Shown here one piece after another: positions 16,311 through 48,087 of a stretch of 64,000 bases of DNA. The stretch lies in NCBI RefSeq assembly GCF_902652985.1, contig NC_047026.1:8060001-8124000 (forward strand), read 5' to 3'. This stretch comes from Pecten maximus. Its lineage: Eukaryota. A program made the translations under genes and the position numbers. A model generated the notes under the pieces. The model worked only from the letters and a program-made list of their open reading frames with translations, was not told the origin of the DNA and did no database searches. How positions within the stretch are numbered: the stretch's first letter is position 1; the number at the start of each line of letters is the position of its first letter.

Positions 16311-17199
16311 ACGAGCAAACAATTATTGGTCAGCGATGAAAAGAAAGACGAAGATGAGTCCATGACGAATACACACACAAAGATTGGTCAATAATGATTA
16401 CAGAGACAAAGATGTGTGAATTAAGAAAACGGACAAAGATGAGTCAATGATGAATACACAAACCAAGATGTGTCTATGATAAATGCACGAAAAAAGATGA
16501 GTCAGTGATGAATACACAGACAAAGATGGGTAGTGTCAAATACAGAGACAAAGATGAGACAATGTTGAATACAAAAAGATGGGTTCATGATGAATATAGA
16601 GATAATATACTCAGGGTCAAATCATAGACAAAGATGGGTCAATGATGCATGCACAAAAAAGGGTCAGAAATGAACACACAAAGATGGGTCCGTTATAAAT
16701 ATAGAGACAAGATACTCAGTGTCAAAGATGTATCAGTGTCTGATACTCAGGCAAAGCTATGTCAGTGATGATTACATAGACAAAGATGGGTCAGCCATGA
16801 ATTCACAGACAAAGATGGGTAAGTCACTAATGCTCAGACCAAAATGTTTCAATGATGATTACATAGACAAAGATGGGTCAGTGATGAATACGCAGAAAAT
16901 GATTTGTGAGTGATGAATAGAAAGACAAGTTAGTGGTTTTAATGAATTCACACGCAATAATGAGTAAAACCGTTATATTTCGGTCATCCGGTGTCCGTCA
17001 TTAATACAAAGTTGGTGTCTGTCATTATTAAGACTTTTTCGCTCATGAATAGGAGCAAAATCTAATTTCTGTGAATAATACACAGGCAAAGATGATTTCT
17101 ATCATTAATACTAAAAAGCATATGTTATCACTAATTACCACGCTGACAGTTGTTTTCATTGATTTATACATTAACAACGGTGATGGCAGTAATTCAGAC

Positions 17200-19760
17200 A
17201 AAGACCAAGATGGCATCAGTCATTAGTACACACTCGGAGATGGTATATGTATCAGTCATTAGTACACACTCAGAGATGGTATCAGTCATCAGTACACACC
17301 CAGAGATTGTATCAGTCATTGATACACACCCAGAGAAGGTATCAGTCATTGATACACACCCAGAGATGGCATCAGTCATTAATACCCACTCAGAGATGGT
17401 ATCAGTCATTGATACACACCCAGAGAAGGTATCAGTCATTGATACACACCCAGAGAAGGTATCAGTCATTGATACACACCCAGAGAAGGTATCAGTCATT
17501 AATACACACTCAGAGATGGTATCAGTCATTAATACACATTCAGAGATGGTATCAGTCATTGGTACACACCCAGAAATGGTATAAGTCATTAATACACACC
17601 CAGAGATTGTATCAGTCATTGATACACACCCAGAGATTGTATCAGTCATTAATACACACTCAGAGATGGTATCAGTCATTGATACACATCCAGAGAAGGT
17701 ATCAGTCATTGATACACACCCAGAGAAGGTATCAGTCATTAATACAGACTCAGAGATGGTATCAGTCATTAATACACACTCAGAGATGGTATCAGTCATT
17801 GATACACATCCAGAGAAGGTATCAGTCATTGATACACACCCAAAGAAGGTATCAGTCATTAATACACACTCAGAGATGGTATAAGTCATTAATACACACT
17901 CAGAGATGGTATCAGTCATTGATACACACCCAGAGAAGGTATAAGTCATTAATACACACTCAGAGATGGTATCAGTCATTAATACACACTCAGAGATGGT
18001 ATCAGTCATTGATATACACCCAGAGAAGGTATAAGTCATTGATACAAACCCAGAGAAGGTATCAGTCATTAATACACACTCAGAGATGGTATCAGTCATT
18101 AATACCCACTCAGCGATGGTATCAGTCATTGATATACACCCAGAAATGGTATAAGTCTTTAATACACACCCAGAGATGGCATCAGTCATTAATACACACT
18201 CAGAGATGGTATAAGTCATTGATACACACCCAGAGATTGTATCAGTCATTGATACACACCCAGAGAAGGTATCAGTCATTGATACACACCCAGAGAAGGT
18301 ATCAGTCATTAATACACACTCAGAGATGGTATAAGTCATTAATACACACTCAGAGATGGTATCAGGCATTGATACACACCCAGAGAAGGTATCAGTCATT
18401 GATACACACCCAGAGAAGGTATCCGTCATTAATACACACTCAGAGATGGTATAAGTCATTAATACACACTCAGAGATGGTATCAGTCATTGATACACACC
18501 CAGAGAAGGTATCAGTCATTGATACACACCCAGAGAAGGTATAAGTCATTAATACACACTCAGAGAAGGTATCAGGCATTGATACACACTCAGAGAAGGT
18601 ATCAGTCATTGATACACACTCAGAGATGGTATAAGTCATTGATACACACTCAGAGATGGTATCAGTCATTGATACACACCCAGAAATGGTATAAGTCATT
18701 AATACACACCCAGAGATGGCATCAGTCATTAATACACACTCAGAGATGGTATAAGTCATTGATACACACCCAGAGATTGTATTAGTCATTGATATACACC
18801 CAGAGAAGGTATCAGTCATTGATACACACCCAGCGAAGGTATCAGTCATTAATACACACTCAGAGATGGTATAAGTCATTAATACACACTCAGAGATGGT
18901 ATCAGTCATTGATACACACCCAGAGAAGGTATCAGTCATTGATACACACCCAGAGAAGGTATCCGTCATTAATACACACTCAGAGATGGTGTAAGTCATT
19001 AATACACACTCAGAGATGGTATCAGTCATTGATACACACCCAGAAATGGTATAAGTCATTAATACACACCCAGAGATGGTATCAGTGATTAATACACACT
19101 CAGAGATGGTATCAGTAATTAATACACATTCAGAGATGGTATCAGTCATTAATACACACTCAGAGATGGCATCAGTCATTAATACACACTCAGAGATGGT
19201 ATAAGTCATTGATACACACCCAGAGAAGGTATCAGTCATTGATACACACCCAGAGATGGTATAAGTCATTAATACACACTCAGAGATGGTATAAGTCATT
19301 AATACAAACTCAGAGATGGTATCAGTCATTGATACACACCCAGAGAAGGTATCAGTCATTGATACACACCCAGAGAAGGTATCAGTCATTAATACACACT
19401 CAGAGAAGGTATCAGTCATTGATACACACTCAGAGATGGTATCAGTGATTAATCCACACTCCGAGATGGTATCAAACATTAATACACACTCAGAGATGGT
19501 ATCAAACATTAATACACACTCAGAGAAGGCATCAGTCATTAACACGCACTCAGAGATGGTATCAGTCATTGATACACATCCAGAGAAGGTATCAGTCATT
19601 AACACGCACTCAGAGAAGGTATCAGTCATTAATACACACTCAGAGATGGTATAAGTCATTAATACACACTCAGAGATGGCATAAGTCATTAGTACACACT
19701 CAGAGATGGCATAAGTCATTAGTACACACTCAGAGATGGTATCAGTCATTAGTACACAGT
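17200..19760. repeat. 30-bp satellite (ATCAGTCATTAATACACACTCAGAGATGGT)n, ~85 copies
   Basis: Directly visible; stays in exact 30-bp register from ~17250 to 19760. Confidence 0.97.
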
Positions 19761-21484
19761 CAACGGCTTTTGGGCGCAGACACATTAAAACGCAGTAAAT
19801 AAATACGCATACACGTAGACACTGACAAATACGTTTCAGTCATTAAGACAGACAATGATAGTATCTGTATCATTCAGAAATGGTATAGGTAATTTATACA
19901 CAGACAGATATGTTTCCGGTCATTTATAGAAACACAATGATATTGTCGGTCATTAAGTTTTTAGATAAAGATGGCATCAGTCATAAATCTACATTTAAGA
20001 GAGTATCAGTAATCAACAGAAAAAATGGTTTCGGTCAATAACACACAAAAACACAAAGACAGATTCACTCATTAATTAACATTAATAAACAGACAACGAT
20101 TGTATCAGTAATTCCTACTTAGTAGAAACCTGCATCGGTCATTAATGCAAAGACAAATATGGTTTCGGCCATTAATACACAGTCGAAGTTTGTATTCGTA
20201 TTAATACAGCAAAATAAGGTATCGTTTAGTAATACAAAGGATTACATCAGCGATTGATACACAGCCAAAGATGGTATCAGTACACAGTATACAGACAAAG
20301 ATGGTTTCAGTCAGTAATACCCAAACAAAGATGACAAGTAAGAGTTCAGGAACTAATAAAGACAAAGATGGCACCAGTAAATCAAACGATAATGTTGACC
20401 ATTGATACGCCGTCAAAGATGGTATTAGTCATTAGTGCACAGCAAAATATGTTGTCGGTCATTAGAACACATACAAAGATGGTATTAGTAATTCATACAC
20501 AGCCAATGATGATATAAATCATTTATACGGATATGTATGGGTTTTCGGTTATTGATGCATAGACAAGGGTTGTTTTAGACATTGATGCTGAAAGATGATA
20601 CCACAATTTATACCCAGACAATGCTCGTATTGCTAATGAATGTCGGTCATTTATACACAAAGGTGGGTGGTGTAGGTCATCAATACACAGACAAACACTG
20701 CTAATTAATAAACGGAAAAAGATGATATCTGTTTTTTAGACAATGACTATTCTAGTGTTAGTAGTTAAACAGAGATGTTGTAAGGCATTAATACGCAAAG
20801 ATTGTGTGGTCATTTATATACATTCGAAGATGGCATCAGTTCTTAATACGCATACGATGACAATTTCACTCATCAATGCACAACCAAAAGTAATTCCGGT
20901 AATTAATATAGAAAGAAGACAGTATCAGTTGGTAATACTCTAACTAAATGCTATCAGTAATTGATACTCTAACAAAGATGATGTCCGTCATCAATACACC
21001 GACAAAAATGGTAGCACTAATTATTGGAGACAATGATGGTGTTGATCAGTAATAAATTCACAGAGGAAGATGGTAGCAGTTACTAATATACAAAGATCCA
21101 GAAGAATAATATATATTCAAAGATAGCACGAATAATAAATACACAGCCAAAGACAAATATAATGCTGCTCATTGTTACAACCAATGTATCAATGTTTAAT
21201 TCAGATAGTCAAATCGAGAGTCAGTAGTAGTGTCAAATGGTGTTTAAGTGATTATTACACAAGGATGGTGTCAGTAATTATTACACAAAGATGATCTAAG
21301 TTATCATAACGAAAATAAACGAATTTTGGCAGTTTTCGTTACATTTACAAAGTTGGCATAAGTGATTATCAAAAACAAACAAACAAACAAAGTTGGTGAT
21401 ATAAATTAACATAACTGATTTGTAAGTAATTACTCCTTAAAAAATGTTTCGGTTATTATTACACAAAGATGGTGTCAATAATAA

Positions 21485-21680
21485 CAACACAAAGAAGGTG
21501 GAATTCATTTTTACACAAAGAAGGTGGCATTCATTTTTACACAAAGAAGGTGGCATTCATTTACACACAAAGAAGGTGGCATTCATTTTTACACAAAGAA
21601 GGTGGCATTCATTTACACACAAAGAAGGTGGCATTCATTTTTACACAAAGAAGGTGGCATTCATTTACACACAAAGAAGT
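21485..21680. repeat. 26-bp minisatellite ACACAAAGAAGGTGGCATTCATTT(TT/AC), ~7 copies
   Basis: Directly visible. Confidence 0.9.
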
Positions 21681-22109
21681 CAGTAGTGTTTAGCATAATG
21701 AGGGTTTCGGTAATTGGTACAAAATCATCGATGATGTTGGCCATTTATACACAAATGATCGTATCCGTCATTAGCATATAGCCAGATATGATGTCGGAAA
21801 TTAACATACAAAAAATGTGTCGGACATTAATATAAAGACAAATTTATTGACGGTCACTGATACACGGACAAATATGTCACTATTTATGAAATATTGAAAA
21901 AAATAACAAAAACTACATCAGTAATAAATACAAACAAAAGAAATGTGCATGTCGTTGAAAACATACAGAACGGTTGCAGCAAACAAACATGATGTACGTC
22001 ATTATGTAGAAAGATGTCAAAGGCAAAACATGGCATCAGTTATCAATAATCAATGATAATGTTAATAATTACAAGAGGCTAAGTGTCACGTTGCTTTTGC
22101 ATAAGACAA

Positions 22110-25100
22110 ATTATAACACAAACCTTATCCAAATAGGAAAAAAAACTAGAAAATTTTAAAATATTATTTTATTGTGCTATTTCTATTGTTTATGAATGTC
22201 GTATCTTTTGTTAAATTTCGTTAGGTCTACAACGCACAGTGTCCTTTTACAAGGTGAGAAGGAGTATGTTAAGGAGCAAATGAGAGTTGACAATGTGACG
22301 TGATGGTGTATAGTATGTAATATTAAAACGTTTATCAATAACCTCAAATAAAAAAGATTTTTTTTTCAAAAAACAATCTGCATTATTGCACATGGTGTTC
22401 AAGTGGTAGTAATAAAAAAAAGTAAAATATATATTTTTAGATTTTATATGGCTATTTTTATGATAGAATAATCATAAAACAAATACTCCTAGTAGAGTTA
22501 TTCACCGTCTTCAGAATATACATATCACATATAGTAACACATTGTTTTTTCCAATCATGAAATTACTTTTCTATTACGTTACATGTTTAATTAGCACCTT
22601 TAAATATGTTCGTGTTTAAAGAGACATTTGGTTGAAATTCAGATTTGAATTTATTATCATGCAAGAAGTTCATCCTGCATAAAATCTTTGTTTGATTATC
22701 GCTATAAACTGATCTTTTTCTGGGCTTCAAACCAATAACGAAACGTTTCCGTATCAATTTAGTATTATATTCCATGACTAAAAAACAACGAAACGAGATG
22801 AACACATGCATATTAATTAATAGAAATGAATTTATAAACTTATGTTCAATTCTAATAGCTTTGTATATGTGACGTCTTTAGATTCAAGACGTACCAACCA
22901 GGGGTCAAGGGTCACGTACAGGTGAAGTTGTTGGAAACATTTATTATACATGTTATACTACGAGCCTTATCGAAAAAAGTAAACTACTAACGAATAAGAT
23001 GTTAATTGTTTCCACTGTGAATGGAAATCATAGACTCTATATCTACTACACACCGAGTCCGTGGAGAAGGGGACGTAATTTAAAACGAATGAGTATGTAA
23101 GGGAGCAAATGAGAATTGATATGTGACCTAAACATACATCATTTGCGTCATGGATTCATTCAATGTTTATCAGTAACCTCAAATTCTCTCGGCAGATAAA
23201 TAGCGCTAACAATTAACGAACTGCATTTTTTACCCGATGTTAAGGTGATAAATAATAAAGAGGAGTAAAAGATAGATTTTTACATCATATGGTTATTGAT
23301 CTTACATACTCTTTAAGGGATATTCTATTCCAGTTTTTAAATAATATAACAGTTCTATATATACTCAAAAATAATATTAGACAAATGCTACTCGTAAAGT
23401 AACTCATGGATTTAGAGAGACGCAAGATTTCTGATATATGTTGTACTTCAACTTGAGTAAACAAACCAAAAATACGATCTCCATTTATCTTTATTCTGAA
23501 GATATCTAATTTCTATCACATTAATTATAACATGAAATATTTGCTATTTTCAGTCAAGAGTCAAGAAGAATGTATCTTTGCACTTAGTTTTATTATTTGA
23601 GAAAACATATATAGATTCTTTAAATTTCCACGTACATTTAATCACTTGTCCTTTGTGTCGCATGTTTAAGGCAATATATTAGCACATATGCAGACTTTTA
23701 TTACACTGTTCACACAGTACCACGTTTGAGAATAGTTTGTCATTATTTTGCATTTTTATTTACTTTTTTACCTTTGTGTTTAGAGACATTTGGTTGAAAT
23801 TCCACATTGCATTTATTAATATATACGAAATTCATCTTGCATAAAATCAGTGCTTGATTATATTTATATAATTCAATTTTGCTTGTAACAAGCATTTTCA
23901 TTGGCTCAAAAAATTATGTTTTCATCTCATAACATAAATAATGACTGTGATGTCAGCGGAGTAATCGTTGTTCACGGGATTTTGTATTTATCGATGATTA
24001 TTTTTTAAATATCTGGAGCAAAATAAACATGTTAAACTTAATGTTTCTTGTCGTTGTTAATTAAATTATAAGGGTGAACTGTAATATGTTTTACGCTATT
24101 AAGCAATAACACAAAAACCTGGGGTGTACTCTTTTCATAAACCGTTCGCGTTCATAAACAGTTTTTTTGTGTTATTGCTCAATAACGTAAAAAAAAATTA
24201 TTACAGTTAACCCTTAAGTACACTTTCAAAATGCCAAACCTAAAGCCCATCTTTCCTCTTGGCCTCAAATCAATAACGAAAAGTATCCATATAAAATGTA
24301 GCATTATATTCAATTACTAACAAATAACGAAACGAGATGAACATAGACATATAAGTTAATACAAATGAATCATTAAACTTATATTCAACTCTCATAGTTT
24401 TGTATATACATGTACGTGATGTCTTTAAATTAAAGACGTACTAAAGAACAAGGGGTCAAGAGTTACGTACTTGTTGGAAACATGCATAAGACATGTTATA
24501 CAACGAGCCCTATCCAAATAGGCAAACTACTAAATACTGAAATATTATGTCAATGTATTATTCATTTGTATTTTGTATGTGAATCATATCTTACGTCCGG
24601 ATATTATATCTAATACACGCCGAAACATTGGAAAAGGTGACGTAACTTAAAACGCAGAAGCGCTATGATAGGGAGCACATGAGAGTTTATATGAATCGCT
24701 ACACATATTACGTATGTTTAAGTCACATTGAAACGTTTACTAGCACCTTTGAATACTATTGAGAGGCAAATCTTTCTTGCTATTAACAAACTGTATTTGT
24801 GGACTAGGTGTTGAGTTGGTAATATAAATTTAGGCTTTTTTTGTTTTTCTTCTTACAGGTTATTTCAGAGATATTTCTATTCCAGTTTAGAAAATATAAT
24901 TCCTATCAATATTCAACGATAAATATGAATACATCTTGCATCAATTTATTTATACATTTATTTGCTATTTTCAGTCAATGCATATCAGTACATGCATATA
25001 TCTTTGTAATCATAAACGATATCTCACAAATTATACTACATAATGTTGTAGGTCTTGCGGTAAATTGTCATGCACAATGAAATAACTTGTCTGTTGCGTC

Positions 25101-25430
25101 ACATGTTTCGGGAAATAAATAATCGAACTATCACATATACCGGTTTTCTGTTGTAATTTGTTTTCATTTTAACTTTGCTTGTGTTTAAAGATACATTTGG
25201 TTAAGATTCCGCATTTCATTGATTACTATATGGGAAAATCATTTCGCATAAAATCCTTGTTTGATTATATTTATTGTACACTTTCAAAATACCAACAGAA
25301 CGAAAAGTTTCTGTATACATGTATTATTTTATCCCGTTATTAATTAACAACGAAACGAGATGAACATTAACATATTGGTTATTATAAAATAATAATATTA
25401 AGTAAAATAATCTTTCGTTCTACTCTCATA
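22110..25430. repeat. Three diverged tandem copies of a ~0.8-1.1-kb unit
   Basis: Anchors recur in the same order: GGAGCA(A/C)ATGAGA ~22272/23102/24672; ACATTTGGTT ~22624/23786/25193; AACGAAACGAGATGAACA ~22787/24325/25348. Confidence 0.8.
24071..24214. mobile_element. Short MITE with ~45-bp imperfect TIRs
   Basis: AGGGTGAACTGTAATA..TTTTACGCTATTAAGCAATAACACAAAAA versus TTTTTGTGTTATTGCTCAATAACGTAAAA..TATTACAGTTAACCCT; TA or (T)TAA flanks. Confidence 0.75.
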
Positions 25431-26307
25431 TTTCATGAATAAATATTTCCAGAGTCATTTATGCAAAATGTAACTTTCTACTTAAGCATTTCTACATAAT
25501 ACGTTGGCTTGATGGACACGTTTTCTTAAATTATACAATTCTTTCGTATTACCAGACAACAGAAATATAACTAATTTAAAGACGGAGTTATTTATCCGAT
25601 AATAGGACTTAATAAATCAGAGCTCACTGCACAAGGGGAAATTAAAAATGAAGTGATATTAATCATCGACGTCAGTAAGACACACAAGGCAGGTTTGAAG
25701 ATGCATAGGAACGTTCTGTATCTACCTGATTCGATTAGAAGACAATGAGAAGATAAACGTAATCTAACAATGTTTTTGTTTTAAATAATTAGCCGGGAAT
25801 GGTTTTAAAAGATATGATTGCCACGTTAAGTGATCTTCAACATGCCTGTAGAAAATACATTTCGGCGACAAAAAAAAAAAAAAACACAAAAAAAAACAAC
25901 AACAAAGAAAATCCTCATATTCTTGTTTCAAATTATCTAACAGAGAATGGTTTACAATAAATATGAAATAACGTATATCTATGACATGTTTGGAAACCAA
26001 TATGTTCATCATATCTAATTAGCCAAGCTTGTGTTTGACTTTGACAGTATCGTTGTACATATATTCATAACATGCTTTTGATATACAATTCTAGGTAACA
26101 ATTATTCTACACCAGTATTTAAGTACTTTTAATTTACGAACATTGGGAACCTTCCCGATTCAAAGTGTGCCATAGCATTTGGTGTCGATCATTTAACTCC
26201 AAGAATATTTGTATCAAAATTAATAGATTCTTCATAATATCGGTGGCTGTGTAAGAAACTCAATTACTTAACAGCTATAACCCGCCACACTTTTTACTAC
26301 ATATGTG

Positions 26308-26807
26308 NNNNNNNNNNNNNNNNNNNNNNNNNNNNNNNNNNNNNNNNNNNNNNNNNNNNNNNNNNNNNNNNNNNNNNNNNNNNNNNNNNNNNNNNNNNNN
26401 NNNNNNNNNNNNNNNNNNNNNNNNNNNNNNNNNNNNNNNNNNNNNNNNNNNNNNNNNNNNNNNNNNNNNNNNNNNNNNNNNNNNNNNNNNNNNNNNNNNN
26501 NNNNNNNNNNNNNNNNNNNNNNNNNNNNNNNNNNNNNNNNNNNNNNNNNNNNNNNNNNNNNNNNNNNNNNNNNNNNNNNNNNNNNNNNNNNNNNNNNNNN
26601 NNNNNNNNNNNNNNNNNNNNNNNNNNNNNNNNNNNNNNNNNNNNNNNNNNNNNNNNNNNNNNNNNNNNNNNNNNNNNNNNNNNNNNNNNNNNNNNNNNNN
26701 NNNNNNNNNNNNNNNNNNNNNNNNNNNNNNNNNNNNNNNNNNNNNNNNNNNNNNNNNNNNNNNNNNNNNNNNNNNNNNNNNNNNNNNNNNNNNNNNNNNN
26801 NNNNNNN
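26308..26807. other. Assembly gap (500 N)
   Basis: A run of exactly 500 N, typical of a fixed-size scaffolding placeholder. Confidence 0.99.
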
Positions 26808-26815
26808 AACATCTA

Positions 26816-26899
26816 TTGATAGAAATATATCTACTGTAACCCCTTACCTGGCTCTCCCCTCCATACCTTGATAGAAATATATCTACTGTAACCCCTTAC

Positions 26900-26917
<18 letters not shown>
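26816..26917. repeat. 52-bp tandem duplication spanning the POLR2B exon-22 donor, abutting the gap
   Basis: TTGATAGAAATATATCTACTGTAACCCCTTACCTGGCTCT(C/T)CCCTCCATA occurs twice. Confidence 0.9.
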
Positions 26918-44335
<17,418 letters not shown>

Positions 44336-47300
44336 CTTCAAGAGCTTGGTTGAATACTTTATCTAAATAAATGTTTCAAAAATATCTATTGAATATATCA
44401 CATTTCCGCGATGTTCGTGGATTTTATGAGACCGATTTTCATTGTGATGTGGTGCAATATTCCGCATACACGCAGAACTCTCCAGTCATTGGAGGTAAGA
44501 AATTTATACAATATTTATCGGATGCTCTCTAGTGTTTTCGTAACGATAGTACTTTGCAGGGCCTTTCGAATGTACCTCGGATGGTGTCATTATAGAATCC
44601 CATAAAAATAAAATTCTTTTAATGCGATATCATTTGGAACAGATGATTTGTCACCGCTATCGCGTTATTTATTTATCTATTTGTTCATTTATTTTCTATG
44701 TGAAAATATACTCACCCCGCCATACAGTAGGCATATATATATATATATATATATATTCTATATATTGGCTGTTTCTAGTACAGTATAGATCGGGCACCGA
44801 ACTTTATTTAAAGGCTTTATCACGGACTGAAAATTTATTGTGGGGTACCGTTTTACCGTTTAGACCATTGAACAACGGATAAGCGTGTGAAAAAGATAAA
44901 CAAAGACTAGTAATTGCTTATTGTAAACTCTGTAATGGTGTTACTGGTATCATACCAGATAAGTTGATAATTAGCCAATATATCAAGAATAAAATAAAAT
45001 CAAGATATCCCGATAGAAAACATTTACATCATTGAAAAAAGCCACTGAAATCATTTTTGAAACACAAAAGCATATCCTATATATCTATTAATGAGACAGG
45101 GTTCTAAGAAGACCTTTTAACAGTCGACTAGGATACTGTTTTCATTTTGCATGCTAATTCATTGTACATGAGTAGAGTGAAAAAAAAAGAGGAAAAAAAA
45201 CATTATTATACTTTTATACACTTTTCGAAAAGTGCTTGATACCGTTTGTGGAGCTGAGCTATAGATGAAATTACAAAGACTGCAATGTTAAAGGGAAACG
45301 TTCTATGGAGTTCTATCTGGCTTGTCCATGTGTCGGATAATGAAGGACATCGATCACACCTATAATATTTTCCGTGTTTTTAAATGATATGGAAATATTT
45401 TTTTCAAATCTCTGTAAAGCTACAATAAGTGCCGGGATATTTTACTTTCGAGGAATACTTTTGCGAAATCGACATTAAATGTTGACATTTTTATTTTTTA
45501 AGTGATTTGAATCTTGATTTACGGTCTTACAAGTACAATAGTTGAAATTTTAGAGCTTTTCCCTTTCATGTATTGTATTTAATTACAATTAAAACTTTGT
45601 TAAGGCAAAAAATAGACTTATTTTAGCAAACTCAAAACTCATCATTTGCATTGGGGAAAAAACCGTAACCATGCCCTAGCTATAGTGGCGTGTCAGTCTA
45701 ACATGTCTAACACACCGCAGGTGCCAGTGGCCGCTTCCCATTCTGTAGTTGGGTCATTTTTGATAAAAAAAATTAACAAACAAACAAGACAACAACAAAA
45801 ACAACAACAAAAAGAAAACAAAACAAAATATTAGAACAAACACGTCTGAAATCTTGCGAGAGAATGCAAGAAATTGATGACATATATAATCATATATTGT
45901 ACTCCATCTTTTTGCGGATTATGGAGAACACGGTCGGTTCCCATTAAAATTATAATTCAATGTTAAACTTAGAATGGCATGATTTCAAAGCCATTAACTT
46001 TTTAGGTGCATGGTATGAAGACGCCGGTCTGTGCTCCATTCAAGTGTAAAACTTATCATGTCCTAGTGTTTTATACTGTGATTGTTTGTGTAGGATTTTG
46101 TCACACGCTGTGGTCCACATCATGATCTTATTTGGAAACATTATATTTTCTGTTATCATACATGTTTGATGACCGTCGATACATCAACTGGCTCAATTGT
46201 CACCATCCTAATTGTCATCGGAGATTGTCACTTATTCCGGATTGTATCAATACCTATATTTGTATGGCGAGATCCGTCGATGTAGCAGGAGACACTTTTT
46301 CCGGAACACCTGGTCTTAATATCGTTCTACTTTATCATTTATCATGAAACTTGAATCTCCATTTTTATTTTGCAAATCTATATTCTTATTGTCCCCATTT
46401 TTATTTTGCAAATCTATATTCTTATTGTCCCCCCCCCCCCCTTCCCCCCTCCCATTCCCGACATACGACTATATAAATATATTCTTGTGAACTATTCACG
46501 ATCATATTTCTTAAAGACACGACTTTACGGTGAGTGTTCGTGTGTAATCGTAAAACTCCTGGTGGACAACATCTTTTTGAGATAGGTAGCACGTGCTGAA
46601 AACACAAGAACAAACTGTGAGGAGAAATGTGTGTTTTGATTAAGTATAATATATAAAGATCAGACTCGTGTTACATGTGATGTCACCACAAAGAAACACA
46701 TAAAAAATAACATCCTTGTAATAATTTATTTTTGTAATGTTTGCAACATACACGAACAAATAAAAAAGGAATATGTATAATAATACACATGCACATAACT
46801 GTGGCAAGCCAGGTTAGCATTTATTCCCAAGTAGCGCGTCAAAATACTATATTCATCTTTAATTGTTTTAGATAATTTCTAAAAAAAATAAAAGACACAC
46901 GTGAATATCTTCTTAGATATTTGAACTTATCAGCAGATACAGGGGGGTCCAAAGAGGGAAATAAAGGAGAGAAAATTAAAATAGAAATAACCAATCGTTG
47001 AAATATAGAAGTGACGATGCACCTACACAATAAAGTCATCTTTTTCGTTTTTTTTTTGTTTTTTTTTTTTTTTAAACAATATGAAAATCATGTTTATATT
47101 TTTGAATGTTCCAAGAAATATCATAAAATATGTATCGCATATAATCATGAAATAATATAAAAGATATGGATGAATGGTGTCATCATGTACTGAAGTTATA
47201 CGTTTCTGTTTAGTAATGGTGATAGGTTTACATAAGTGTCTTTGACACGTGTTCCTATTTCCCAGTTTAATATTGTACAATGTATCATTATGCTTGAAAT

Positions 47301-47879
47301 AAATAAAATAAAGTCTAAACTAGATATCGCTATTATTTATTAGACTTCTTTTAAATCGATAAAATATATAGTAAACTAACATATTTCAAAAATCTCGGGA
47401 AATGAAGGTTACCTTGGCTTCACACACATTTTTTTCCCCTGGACAAATATAAACATTTTTAAACAATAGAGTATTGTATTGATAGATAGTACCCTTTTAA
47501 CAAAGATATGTGGATCTGAGTGAATATACTACTGAACTACACGAAGTTCACTCTCTTGTTCACTCATATTTGATAAACTCACACGCATGTACGTGTACGC
47601 TCAAATTCATTTTTTTAATAGAGCTACAAAAATGTGTCTATTTTTTTGTAATCATCTAATCAATGTAAGAAGTTATCTAAGAAACATAAGCATATGTAAT
47701 TATGAATCAATATACTGTATATCAACATTCGTATTACTTCACTTAGCGTCGCTTCAAACATACAACAAGCACCACCTAGCGGAGGTAATTGGTACTAAAA
47801 CAGGTATTCGGGTCTGAGACTTGAGGACATTCAACCATACAAAATCTTCAATGCAGTATTCTAGATCCACATTGATTAA

Positions 47880-48087
47880 AGCCACATACTCCTGAAAAAA
47901 AACATACCTAACAGACTATCGTGAATCAGAAACAGTTATTTTTATACACTGATGTCTCAAGGACTCCCCTGGTCAAGCGTCCAGGCCAGTGGTCATTATA
48001 ATGTTAGGAGAGCGTGAATGAGCATCTTGGATTGCCATTAATACACGTGTGTAACTAGAATTGTAGGATGTTGGGGAGTATGTGGCT
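47880..48087. mobile_element. Kolobok-like MITE
   Basis: TTAA|AGCCACATACTCC...GGAGTATGTGGCT|TTAA: 13-bp perfect TIR, TTAA TSD, AG terminus. Confidence 0.8.

Noticed and set aside
12620-19760. CRISPR-like appearance of the 29-30-bp repeats
   Set aside because: Units are head-to-tail with no unique spacers, there are no cas genes, and the context is eukaryotic.
26297-26871. Poly-X ORFs
   Set aside because: Artefacts of the N gap.
44411-44882. Divergent plus-strand gene at the POLR2B promoter (GAG|GTAAGA at ~44494, short ORFs)
   Set aside because: A single donor-like site and low-complexity ORFs, with no downstream exons identified.
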